DNA of 52,823 nt, counting the filler, from Sphacelaria rigidula (taxonomy: Eukaryota): the NCBI GenBank assembly GCA_964200075.2. It is 4 parts of 4 records of this genome, joined end to end, with 100 filler letters (N's around TTAATTAATTAA, not from the genome) between each part and the next. Parts side by side here need not be neighbours in the genome. Positions count along the whole stretch, not along the records: positions 26,463 to 39,593 come from CAXNAA020003130.1; positions 39,694 to 52,823 come from CAXNAA020003131.1; 2 more parts are not named here. One strand, written 5' to 3'. The notes under the pieces are model-generated. The model was not told the origin of the DNA, did no database searches, and was given only the letters and a program-made list of their open reading frames with translations. Positions within the stretch are counted from its first letter, which is position 1, and the number at the start of each line of letters is the position of its first letter. Below are positions 34,699 through 45,817 of the stretch, piece after piece. Position numbers and translations under genes: made by a program.

Positions 34699-37600
34699 TG
34701 TCGGGCTCGGTGCTGGTGCCGCCGGCAACAGAGCAAGGCGAGCCGCCGGCTGCTTTGTCGGCCGGTTTTCAGCTGCAATTTGGATCGGCTGCTCCGTCGG
34801 CCGGGGTACCGCTGCAATTTGGTTCTGCGGGCGGGGCTTCATACCCGCCGGCGGTGCCGGTGACCCCAGCGGGGGCGTCTCTGCCTGCGCCGCGCGCGCA
34901 GCCGTGGTGCCAAGTGGGGATTACTAACAATCAGTCGGCGGGGCAGGTGCCGGTCGAGGATCAAGACAATTATGTCTCTGCCGAGTTATATCTGCCCGAT
35001 CAATGGGCGCGGGGAGCGATTTTGGTCAAAGCGGTGTTGGATTCAGGCGCCCACTTCACGAGCATGTCGGTGCTAATTGTGGAGATGCTGGAGCGTCTAC
35101 TCCCCGGTGAGCAAATCCGAATTCTGTTTTCGCTCGGGGCGCGGCAGGCCATCAACGCATCGGGGCAACGTATAAATGTGACGGAGCGTACGATTCCCCT
35201 GCAGTTGGCGTTCCTGACTACTTGGGGGCCAGAAAAATTTCCCCCAATACCGTTTCCGATCATGCCGGGGGCGGATGGTGTCGTTCTGTTGGGCCAACCG
35301 ACGCTTCGGGGACTCGGAGTCGATCCGTATGATCGGTTGTTGGAGTCCCTAAATACGCAAATGCCGTCGCCCGGTTCGAGTGTCGAGGCGCCTGCTTTTT
35401 TGGTCAGTTGCAGAGTGAGCTTGTCGGTTGATTCTCTCCGAGAGGCGGGGGGGCAGGTGTCCGACGAGCGTGATGAGGCGGTGGAACGCTTGGTGGAGCG
35501 CGGCCCCGATATGTTTATGGAGCCGGCGGAAGGAGAGTCCGCGCGAATGGCTGCGCTTGAGGAAAGCGTGACGAATGCGGTGGAAAATGGCCTCGAAGTC
35601 TCAAAAGAGGAGCGCTTGCGTGGCATATTGTATCGCCACGTTAACGCGTTTCATCGTGCGCTGAGGGGTGATCCCGCTGCGCGCGTGGAACCTATAAGGG
35701 TTACACTGAAGCCAGGGCCGGCCGTGGTGAAGGAAAAACCGAGGAGGTACGATCCGGTAAAGTCCAGTTGGCTAGTCTCTTGCGTGGGAGCTCTTGTGGC
35801 GTTTGGGTTGGTGTTCAGGAATCTACAAGCGGTGTGGTCCAGTCCAGTGATGGCGGTGCCGAGGAAGGAAGGACTTTTCCGTCTTGTCAGCGACTACGGA
35901 GCCGTCAATGATCAGGTGGAGAAGTCGCCGGGTGTCATGCCCAATCAGGAATCCGACATGATAGACCTGTTGAGTGCGCGATTTTTCGGTTAGTTGGACC
36001 TCCTACAGGGGTACTGGCAGATGCCGTTGGCCGAAGAGGCGCAAGAGATATTCACAATCACGACTCCGTTTGGCATGTTTACCCCGCAACGAGTACCGCA
36101 AGGCGTGTTGAATACTACTTCCTATTTTCAAGATGTCATGATGGACCCTTTAGATGGCTTGAAATGCAAGATTTGGGTGGATGATGTCTTTTTCTTCGCG
36201 GATACGGAAGACGAAGTGTTGGATGCGCTTGATGCAATCTTGGCTTGCTTAGAGAGTGTTGGTCTGTTTGCAGCTGCCCACAAGTGCACCTTTTCTGCCA
36301 GTGAACTAGTGTGGTGTGGGAAAGTGTGCTCACACGGCCGCGTCTCGCATGACCCGTTCCGCTTACAAGGTTTGTCTGACATGCGGCTTCCAGGAACAGC
36401 CGCAGAACTAATGCAATTCCTGCACGCAATGAACTGGTTGCGTACCTCGTTGCCACGTATGGCTGAAGTAGTGGCGCCCTTACGCGATTTTCCAGAAGAA
36501 CTCATGGTGGGGGCAGCAAGGCGCACGAAGCGGGTGGCAAAAAATCGTGTTATTCCACCCACCTCGTGGACGGAGGACAGGCTGCAAGTATCGGCGGCAG
36601 CGAAGGATCTGGTGGCTCACGCCATGACGCTGTTCCATCCCCGCCCCGGTTGCCAGGTGCTGATGTTTCCGGATGCATTTAAGTGCCATCGGGGTAGCTT
36701 TGTCACGCAGGTGCCGAATGCAGAGATGCAACAACGGTTGCCGGTTGAAGACATGACGCATGAACCGCTGGCTTTTCTGAGTGGTATTTTCAAGGGTTGT
36801 TCTCAGATGCGTTCGGCAACCATCGGCAAGGAAAATTTTGCTATCGTGAACACTTTTTGTCGTCTTGAGCATCTACTGTGGAATGGCGTACACATTTTCA
36901 CGGATCACCGAAATCTAGCGTACATTTTCAACCCGAAGGCACGCGTGACGCCTGTGTCGAAGGCGTTGGCACAGCGATGGGAGGGGTGGAAAGGAGTATT
37001 AGGACAGTATCGGTACACGATTTGTCATATTTCGGGTGAGCGTAACGTGTGGGGTGAATTTCTGTCGCGCTGGATAAGTATTTCCACTATGCCCGCGCGC
37101 GCTGTGGCTGTGTATGGTCCGTGCGAACCTGATGACTCGATGCCGTCCAAATCTGTTGTCCGCCAAGCGCAACGAAAAGATCTTGGGGCCGAAGATGCGG
37201 ATGTGCAATCTTTCGAGTCGGACGTTGATACTGCGATCTTGGACAATGAAGGTCTGTTTCGTGTGCATGTGCGTGACCGAAACGTGTTGTGAATTCCGAT
37301 TTTTGAGAAGCGGTTGCAGGTACGCTTGATGATTTTTGCGCACATGCACGACGCCGGGCGTCGTGGTGTGGCTGCGACGCTCGTGCGCTTGAAAGAGTTT
37401 TGTGTCTGGAAGAGGATAGAAACTAATGTGCGCGACTTTGTCCGCCAGTGTCTTCACTGCACACGTGGACAAATAGCACCCTGTGGGGCACGTCTACAGA
37501 GTTCAGGGAAACTGTGTAGTGTTTCTCGCGGGGATCTGGCTGTAGTTGTTTTTTTGCGCCCCACAGGACGCTTCACAGGGTTTCAGGGAAATTGTGCAGG

Positions 37601-39593
37601 GTTCTCCCGGGGATTTGACTGCAGGGTACTATTTTGTGCCACACAGGGCGCTTCACAGGGTTTCGTCACTCCGTGTAGAATTCATCGCTGTCAATATGCT
37701 GTACAGCCTTTAGAACGCACATACATTGTACTCCATACAGCATGTTCATGGTACTGGCAGAAAAAAACGGTAGAAAAATAACAGAAGTGGGATTTGAAAT
37801 CGCGATTTTGAGCATTGGAGCGCATCAGTGTGCACATTGAGCTACCTAGCTTGTTTCATTCCCAGGAATGCTTTGTGCTTGTAATCACTATCAAGCAAAA
37901 ACCTCTCTGAACAAAGGAATACTCGGTTGAGTGATTTTGGTAGACTGCGCCCCACGGGGTTTTCAAAAGCAATGTGCATTCTGATGCGAGATATACCCCG
38001 TTCCGCTAGTATCTTATCACGCCGAGTTTGTGCTGAAAGCACAGGTGTGGACAAACACACGTAAACAATGTGTGGGATCTCTACTCAGCGAAAGCTGTTG
38101 AGAAATATTCATCCTTTGGGGCTATAGGATGAGTTGCTCTCAACAACCTTCGTTGCGTGTATGATCCCATACGCTGGTAACGGTGCAGTATGCGGGATAT
38201 GCACAGCTGACGCTGCTTGCAATGAATCTCTTTTCCCCCAATTTCCGAACGAAATAGGATGGCAAAGCGAAGATTCATTTTGAGCTTCTTCTGCTGTTCT
38301 ATTTCTAAATCTGCCAGTGTGCATGGGATTTGCGCAGCAGAATAAGCTGTTCGAAATAGATCATTTTTTTCCCCAATTTAAATGGACGAAAAAAGGATTT
38401 ATTTGAAATAGATTCTTCTGCTGTTCGAAATAGATCCTTTTTCTGCCCAAAAAAAATGGGTGAAAAAAAATATATTTTGAATAGCTTCTCCTGCTGTTCG
38501 AGATAAATTCGTTTTTGCCCGATTTGAATCGGGCAAAAAAAGGATTTATCTCGAACAGCAGGAGAAGCTATTCAAAAATATGTATATGTACAGATTTTAT
38601 ACCAAAATAATTTGGAATTTTCGAAATTGGGAAGGCCTCTCCATAGGGCTGCGTGCAGGGTTTCGACAAAAACGCTGTGCAAAATGCTATTACAGGTACT
38701 AGGGTTTGCAAATGCTGCACAGGGTCTTCACAAAGACTGTGGAAAACCCTGTGCAGCTCGTCCTACAGGGTGCTATTCGTCCACGTGTGTGTGATGACTC
38801 GAGGGAGGGCGATGTTGTTCCCCGCCCGCTCGGTGAAACGGTCCATGGGACCACGCCGAATGAAGTCGTCCATTTTGACTTCTTGCACGTGGGCGAGAGC
38901 GACCCGCTAGCTTCCCAAGGTTTGTCGGAGAATGCTGGGTTCCGACACATTTTGGTAATCATGGATCATTTGAGCAACTATGTGGCTCTGGGACCAGTAG
39001 CCGTGTGTACCGCTGAATCGACTGCTGCGTCTTTGCTGAACCGGTGCAAAACTTTGGGGGTGCCCCGTGTATGGGTGAGTGATACCGCCACGCATTTTAA
39101 GAATGCGATCTTGGCTCGGTTGCGAGAGGCTTTGCGCGTTGATCACTGGTTTGCGGTAGCGTATTCTCCGTGGTCTAACGGTACGTGCGAGCGCATGGTG
39201 AAGGGAGTGGGTCGTGCTCTTCGCTCTATTCTTCTCGAGGAGCGTCGAGAGGTGACCGAGTGGGTGAGCGTGTTGCCCGCTGTGCAATGGGCGCTAAATA
39301 CAGTGTGTCGCCGTCGGTACGATAGTACGCCGTATCACGTGATGTTTGGCCGTGCCCCTCGGACGTCTTTCTCGGTGCTGGCGTCTACGTCGGCGGGGGA
39401 ATGGAAGTGTGATGTTTTGGACGATGCTCAAATTAAGAATGCCTTGAAAGGAGTCTTGGACTTGCAAGAATGTTTCCACGTTCAAGTGCAGGAACGTGTT
39501 GCAGCTGAACGTGCGCATAGACGTGAGGGGTCTTCGTCGGGGCTAAAATTACCGAATTTCGAGGTAGGCGATTACGTTTTGTATGCACGTGTG
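34680..39593 (+). pseudogene. pol: Gypsy pol (protease, RT, RNase H, integrase) disrupted by stops and an insertion
   Basis: Protease AVLDSGA; RT FRLVSDY...DLLQGYWQ...RVPQG...WVDD; RNase H FPDA...FTDHRNL; integrase HHCC (HMHDAGR...QCLHC) and core HFDF...VSDTATHF...SNGTCER. Stops at 35991 and 37290; insertion at 37460-38789. Confidence 0.92.
37460..38789. mobile_element. 1330-bp non-autonomous DNA transposon with CACAC termini and a 2-bp TSD (CMC/EnSpm-like)
   Basis: TIRs CACACGTGGACAAATAGCACCCTGT / ACAGGGTGCTATTCGTCCACGTGTG. TG is duplicated at 37458-37459 and 38790-38791. Removing the element restores the integrase frame. Confidence 0.9.
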
Positions 39594-39693
39594 NNNNNNN
39601 NNNNNNNNNNNNNNNNNNNNNNNNNNNNNNNNNNNNNTTAATTAATTAANNNNNNNNNNNNNNNNNNNNNNNNNNNNNNNNNNNNNNNNNNNN
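39594..39693. other. Artificial contig linker
   Basis: 100 bp of N with a central TTAATTAATTAA. Confidence 0.97.
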
Positions 39694-40011
39694 ATCATGC
39701 ATACCTTTTTTTCACTTGAAATTGATGCCGATTCAACAGAAGACTAACCTCGCGGTCTAAGGATTAAACGCTCCAGCACAAGCCATCCGTTGAGTCGGCA
39801 TTAACTCTTTGACCGCGAGAGTAGGTTATGTGGCCATGCAGTCATTTTTCGAACGAAACTGATGCTGACTTAACAGATGACCAATACTCGCGGTCAAAGG
39901 GTTAACTCTGTAGACCGCCGTGCGGGTAGTCCATCTAGATTACGCATGTTTTTTTCATGTGAAAGTTGATGCCGATTCAGCAGGTGACGTACCTCTCGGT
40001 TAAAGGGTTAA
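39694..40011. mobile_element. Cluster of ~100-bp piggyBac-like MITEs
   Basis: TTAA|CTCTTTGACCGCGAG...CTCGCGGTCAAAGGG|TTAA (39805-39901) directly abuts a second copy (39906-40007) ending AAGGG|TTAA. A partial copy ends at 39763|TTAA. Confidence 0.7.
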
Positions 40012-40475
40012 TGCTACATGAAGAAATATTGCATTCCACATGACCTGACCTCGCGGTGAAGTAAGTGACTGCGAGCGTCGCCTCGGAACAGTTATACCGG
40101 CTGACAGTCCAGAGATATCCGGGCGTTTTCGGGGGGGCGGGTGCCGGGAGGGTGGGAGAGTGTTCGGGGTACAGCCGAAAAGCTCACGGAGTCAGCCGTG
40201 ATATTGGTCATGATTGATACGAGTATGAATCGTGATCTTTGTCATGGTTGGTATACTTCAATTTGAGTGTAAACATCGACGTCCGGATCTTCCAAGCAGG
40301 CGTGCTCAAAACGCGTTCTTGTCCGAGACGGTGCCTACGGCGCCTATCTGAGGTGTCAACGCGCACTTCGCCTACGTAGGGCATCCGTTGCAACCCCTCT
40401 TGCTCGAGGTTTCTCTGTATGCCTTGGGCTAGGGTTAGGATTAGAGTCGAGATGCAGCAACCATCGTCGACGCTT

Positions 40476-40576
40476 TGACTGCAGGGGTAGGTCACCTTCT
40501 GAATCGGCAGCAATCTCGCTTCAAAATATATATGTGTGATCCCAATGGACTACCCGCATCGCGGTCTAAGGGTTGA
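40476..40576. mobile_element. piggyBac-like mini-MITE copy
   Basis: Reverse-orientation relative of 39906-40007 (TGAATCGGCAGCAAT...GGACTACCCGCATCGCGGTCTAAGGG|TTGA). Confidence 0.6.
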
Positions 40577-40730
40577 CGTGGAAGCGATGTGGGTGAACCC
40601 TCCTTAGGTCAGTCAACCATGTGTGTCCGGAAGTTCCTCAGGGAAAGTGTTAGGCCAGGAACAAGGCCCGAGAGAGCGGAGCGGCCATTTTGAGAGCTGA
40701 CTGATTGGGATGGTCACCCGAGATGGACCG

Positions 40731-40922
40731 AGGCCGTGTCCTGTTAAATTGTGCTCGACTCGAAAACTTACGGTTGAATCGAATTTGCTCTTACCTGATA
40801 CGTTCACGGCATCCATATTCTCAACCATCCGAGAAAATCAAGAGCGTGGGCGAATCGGAAACGAGCGAATTCGATTCGACCTCACGTTTTCGACGCAAAA
40901 ACAATTTGATATGACACGGCCT
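40731..40922. mobile_element. ~190-bp MITE-like inverted repeat
   Basis: ~60-bp imperfect arms AGGCCGTGTC...GAATCGAATTTGCTC / GAGCGAATTCGATTC...GACACGGCCT. TSD unclear. Confidence 0.65.
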
Positions 40923-41408
40923 GAGATGAACTACCTCGCAGTCTAGCCGTATTCGACCATCTAGGTCATTACTCATTAAAACATGAATAACATGGGCACT
41001 AACAACGTGCATGTTACGCTGCCCGTAGTCTTCGTCGCCTGCCTGATCCCTCTTGGTTTGCCAGCAAAGCTCACACGGTAGTGTTGTGTTGTGGAACACT
41101 AGGCAGAGACATCAACAGTGCGCAGTATACTGTTGGGTGAAGAGCGACTGCACGCTGGCTCTTTACTGTACAACATGCGTTCTGACTCTACACATACTTG
41201 ACTGCAGGGTCAAAATCAGTGGGAGTCCTCGGGCTATTTTTTCATGGCAGGTTTATATATATATATATATATATACCCAACGTCCGCATGTTCATGAAGA
41301 AAGGCGTTTTGCAAGGTGAACGAGCAGCTGAGGTCTTGACCCCAAATATGGCATACGAGTACGAGGTCCATCTGAGTCCATCTGATGAGGGTTTTGCAGC
41401 CCAACGGT

Positions 41409-41592
41409 CAACCCTTTGACGGCGAGAGTAGATCATATGTTGAATCGGCATCAATTTCACTTGGAATCAAGTATGCATGATCCAGGTGCACTACCCTCAC
41501 CGTCCAAGGGCTCACGCGTTTGACCGCCAGGGCGGGCAATATGTTGAATCGGCATCATTTTGTGTGATGCCACGGAGTCAATTCGATGCTGA
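41409..41592. mobile_element. piggyBac-like mini-MITE copies (one near-complete, one degenerate)
   Basis: TCAA|CCCTTTGACGGCGAGAGTAG...GTTGAATCGGCATCAATTTCA...CCGTCCAAGGG, then a second TTTGACCGC...GTTGAATCGGCATCA. Confidence 0.6.
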
Positions 41593-41887
41593 CTCGGGAA
41601 GTTCGCCTACACTGGCGTGCAAGGACTTTGGTATTGCATTTATATGTGATGTTGCATGTTGCTGTTGTATATATTTTTTTAATTTCTCTTTTTTCGTTGC
41701 CATCTCTTCGAATATTTCTCTCTCGCACAACACGCACACATGCGTTACTTTTTTCTTTCACCTTGGGTACTGCACGGTATAGTACGTGCGTACGTCTCTG
41801 CTGCTGTTACGCCGACAAAAACAGGACAAGCTTGCGTCCCTGGGCTAATCTGTTGATGTACCGACCTTCCATTAACCAAACACTCCC

Positions 41888-42292
41888 ATGAACCAACAAC
41901 CAATGAAAACGATCAGGGCCCTGGTGGTCGGCGGAGTTAGTCGGGCGCAGAGCGTTAACGGCGATAGCAACGGCGTACTGTTGAAGGGACACCGCCGCGG
42001 TCGCAGCGTCAGCTTCGACAGCAGTACCGGCATGAGCCCCGCCGCCTGTGTACATCCGTTCGCGTTAGAGCTGGGCGAGAAGGGTGACAGGTATAATGAC
42101 AGTCCACACCAGCGAGCGCATCGACAGCTGCAGGTGCGGCCCGCGAGGATGGAGAGGAGGCGGAGGGCATTAGATGGTCGTCTTGCGGAGACAGTCGGGC
42201 CGTCTCCGACGATGTGCTACGTGGTGCGGCTACGTCCTGGGGAGGAGCTGAAAAGCACGCTCATGTCTTTTTGCGCGGAGATGGGATTGCGG
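41888..42292 (+). CDS. Exon of a PPC/DUF296 domain protein (5' boundary uncertain)
   Basis: YVVRLRPGEELKSTLMSFC is the PPC N-terminal motif; donor CGG|GTGAGC. The start could be ATG 41888 or the acceptor GATCAG| at about 41918. Confidence 0.75.
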
Positions 42293-42491
42293 GTGAGCAA
42301 GGAGACGGGGGAGGGGGGGCGGAGGGGTTTTCACATTGCAGAAGGGTGACGTATTGGTGGACCATGTGACGGTATTTTGCGACATGACTTGGTGCGTTCA
42401 TGTAACGTGAGGCTTGGTGTCTGCAGGCTTTTCGGTGTAAGCTTTCTTGTGATATTAACACAAACGGCGACACCGGTACAATGCAATTCGA

Positions 42492-42852
42492 CCGTGCAAT
42501 GTATGTGTTTGTTGTCATCCCATCTAATCTGGACGCGGGTCTGTATCTTTCGGTATATATGTGAGCGCACCAACCGGGGTCAAACAGGAGGAAGGCCAAC
42601 GCAGGAGTATTTCCCCTCTTCTTTGCTTGAGTTCTCCACCTTCCTTCTGCGGTGCTTGCCTATATTTTGTATCGCGAGAGGGGTTTAGCAGTCCCTTTTC
42701 CTCCTCGACTAAGGAATTTTGTGCGGCATAGTCGCTCTTAATTACTGTTGGGCATCGGGTGACGAAAAATTCTAGATCGCTCCGAGATTCGAACCCACAA
42801 CCCGACCGTCAGACGCAATGGAAGTTACCAACTGAGCCACCGGGGCGACCGG
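42492..42852 (-). mobile_element. tRNA-derived SINE (family 1), intronic
   Basis: On the minus strand: CCGGTCGCCCCGGTGGCTCAGTTGGTAAC (A box) and GGTTCGAATCTC (B box). Body matches 44592-44945. Confidence 0.8.
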
Positions 42853-44591
42853 TCTACGCAGCAGAGCGCCCTAAGTTGTTCATGTTTTTGGAAACGAGGT
42901 GTCGTGACATGACGTGACATGATTTGACGTCACCGACGTGCGTTCCCGGGGAGAGTTGAACCTAGGCCCGGAAAAATGACACACGGTGAGGTTGAGGCAT
43001 GCATGGCGAGGCCCACCGGACGCCGCACGCAAAATTTGTTGGGGCTGAGGCAACTCTGAGGCACTTTGCTTTATACGCCCCCCTTGATGCCGTAGATACC
43101 TTACTCAGTGCGTGACATGCCTAGGAATAGGGAAAGGGCTGTGAGGTATTCGTGTTTCGTAGCCCTCCGGTATTGGCGAGTGCTTGTCTAACGGCGTTAC
43201 TTGATGCCTTGTCTCCGTGTCCCTCGGAAAGATGACGTTACCGGCAACAAGCACCGTCTCGGGCAACTGGGGGCGGGGGAGAGCGTTGGGCGCAAAGTGT
43301 AACTGATGAGATGTCGATACGTTTTAGGATTGACGGGTAACTGATGTACTGTACTCGTATAACAATATGATGACAATATACCAGTATCATTTCTTGAGGT
43401 TTCGTCCGTGACAGCGAGCAATCGGCCGAACATGCGCTTGTAGTGTGAAAGATTTTTTTCAACTCGCTCCTCGCCCACGAGATTGGACTGATTTAAATCA
43501 TGACTCTGGTTCGCGTAGCTACGTTTTCACACCAGTATACCCACCACACGCACCCTTGTTCTGTAGTGAGGCTGTGTATCTCCTGCAAGCAAAAGAGAGA
43601 AAGCCAACCCGAGAGATTGACGCAGATACAAAAGCGTGACGCACTTGACAAAACAGTTACACTGCGACAACTATCACGGCGTGAAAACTCTCGTAGAGCC
43701 GACGGGTAGCCTACATGTTAGTCCACCCACGCCTTCGTTGATACTTATTTGCGCTTGTCGGTCACCCAGATGACTGAAATTGATTTGACACCCCGAGCAT
43801 TCCGCAATAATAACGTGTGTGGTGAGGGGGTGCTGACCCAATCCGCAAGATCGAAATGCAAAACGTATAGGGGAGATGCGTTGATGATCCCGGAGCACCA
43901 CGGATCCGTGTCGAGGAAGGTGAGGAGTTGTAAAAATGAACAATAAAGAACGCTCATCGTGATTACATCTATTTCGGTAGCTATCATGTACTCCATACCA
44001 CGCAATGTCAAACAGTACCCCCTGTGTTGGAGTCCCCTGATTCCTGGGATACGTAGTGTCTGTGGCCTGTAGGTTGGGGAATCCTCTATTGATATCTCGC
44101 AAATATTTTGTCGCTAGTCACCCAGGGACCCCCCCCCCCCTCCATTATTGGCTTTGAATAAGTTACATAGAGTCCACGCCCTGAACTATGAAATGCGTTG
44201 TCAAAAAATGGGTACTGCCTACAGTAAGGAATCTGTTGTCTGTTGCAAAGGACGCAGTAGTCGATACAGTGCATGAACCACTATTCAATCAAGCAGTTTC
44301 AAGGCCTCTGCAAGCATCTCATCAGCAGTTGGAGTGTTATCAGCGCACATGAACAACTGGTGTGGTGCGCTGACCTTTTCTCTACCCTTCTCCTAATGGG
44401 TGCGGCGCGGTCTCCAGGGAACCCCAAAGACCCAGTCGCATCACTGGTGATTTTTTCTATCCACAAAATAAGTTCGACCTTTCTGACTCGCGGTCAACTC
44501 GTATCAAAGTCTCGAAAACGGTGGAAATCCTTGCTCCAACCCCGGGAAGATACTTTCAAAACTTGAACCATTTTCCGGAAGTCTGACGAGA

Positions 44592-44945
44592 GCCAGTCGC
44601 CCCGGTCGCTCAGTTGGTAACCTCGAAACCGTCTGACGGTTGGTTGTGGGTTCGAATCTCGGTGCTGTCACACGATCTGGGATTTTTTCTCACAATGGAG
44701 AGCGACCACGTCGTGGGTACGTGAAATTCGACTTCACGGTCGACGAGGGAATGGGACTGCTGAACCCCTTTCGCGATGAAGAATAAAAGCGAGCACCGCA
44801 AAAGGAAGGTGGAGAATTGAAACAAGGGAGAAAAAACTCCTGTGATGGCCTTCTTCCTGTGCGACTCCGGCTGGTGCGCCTACATATACCGAAAGCTGTA
44901 GAACGTCGTCCAGAATAGATGGGACGACAACACACGGACCTGGTA
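44592..44945 (+). mobile_element. tRNA-derived SINE (family 1), intronic
   Basis: GCCAGTCGCCCCGGTCGCTCAGTTGGTAAC...GGTTCGAATCTC head. Body shared with 42492-42852 and 52505-52753. Confidence 0.8.
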
Positions 44946-45391
44946 GCCTAATCACCTGAATTTGGAGTGGTTAACCCCAGCCCCTCCCCCGTATGTGGGC
45001 GTGAAGAAATAAATGAGTGTGTAGTGCCGGAACTGAAAGATGCACCACCCGTCGCTGCACTTGATAGTCAACACATGTATATATGTACACGTGAAGTAAA
45101 GAACAGCATGAAGCGAAGATCTGCACTGACAGTGTGTCCATATAAGTGGTAGGCCCGTAGCTGAGCGTCATGGTCACCAAAGCCAAAATCCAGCGTAGGT
45201 GTAGATCGCCCTGTTGCGTACTAACCACTTGACCTCTTTTCCCTATTTTTTCTTCTTCATACACATGTATATATATATATATATAATTTTTTTTTTCCTA
45301 CACAAGCTTCTTTTCCCTCTTCTACGCGTGATGGACGCTTCCCCCCCTCTCCCTTTTCCCCCCGCACGATCATCACACCACATCACACCAG

Positions 45392-45817
45392 GCGGGGTTC
45401 ATAATGTCTTGCGTAGGCAGCGCGCGCGACATCGTCGTTCGTCTGGCGAATGCAGAACGTCCACCACGCCACCGGAGACGCGGCCACAGCGCCATGGTGG
45501 ACAGCGATGACGACGAGGAGGACAATGAAAGGGATATGCTGCACACAGGACCGCAATCGCGTTTCGAAATCCTGAGCCTCGCCGGCACTATTTGTCCCGA
45601 CGGTGCTCATCTGCACGCGTCGCTCGGGGACCATAACGGGGCGGTGCTGGGGGGACACCTGGTGCGCGCGACAATACACACGACGGCGGAGATTGTGATC
45701 GGAGAGGCGCTTGCCCTGTCGTTCTCGAGGAGAATGGATGATGACACGGGGTACAAGGAGTTGGTGGTCGTTGATGGTGGTGGGAGGGGTGATACGGTTG
45801 GTCATCATCGTGGATAG
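45392..45817 (+). CDS. Last exon of the PPC/DUF296 domain protein
   Basis: Acceptor CACCAG|GCG, in frame. AGFIMSCVGS...RFEILSLAGT...AHLHASLGD..GAVLGGHL...TTAEIVI...DDDTGYKEL are PPC signatures; TAG stop. Confidence 0.9.
   Translation, partial: AGFIMSCVGSARDIVVRLANAERPPRHRRRGHSAMVDSDDDEEDNERDMLHTGPQSRFEILSLAGTICPDGAHLHASLGDHNGAVLGGHLVRATIHTTAEIVIGEALALSFSRRMDDDTGYKELVVVDGGGRGDTVGHHRG

Larger units (their letters stand above)
33040..39593 (+). mobile_element. Decayed Ty3/Gypsy LTR retrotransposon, 3' part cut by the contig end
   Basis: Domain order gag-PR-RT-RH-IN. The 5' LTR start at TGTTGTAGCG (33040) is tentative; there is a short tandem repeat at about 33255-33336. No second LTR is available to confirm it. 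Confidence 0.9.

Noticed and set aside
40427-40446. Telomere-like GGGCTAGGGTTAGGATTAGA
   Set aside because: Only about three degenerate units and internal to the contig, which is too weak to call.
44592-44670. tRNA genes (also 4224-4300, 29211-29285, 42780-42852, 52633-52705)
   Set aside because: A and B boxes are present, but I see no closing acceptor stem or proper cloverleaf, and each continues into a shared repeat body. These are SINE heads.
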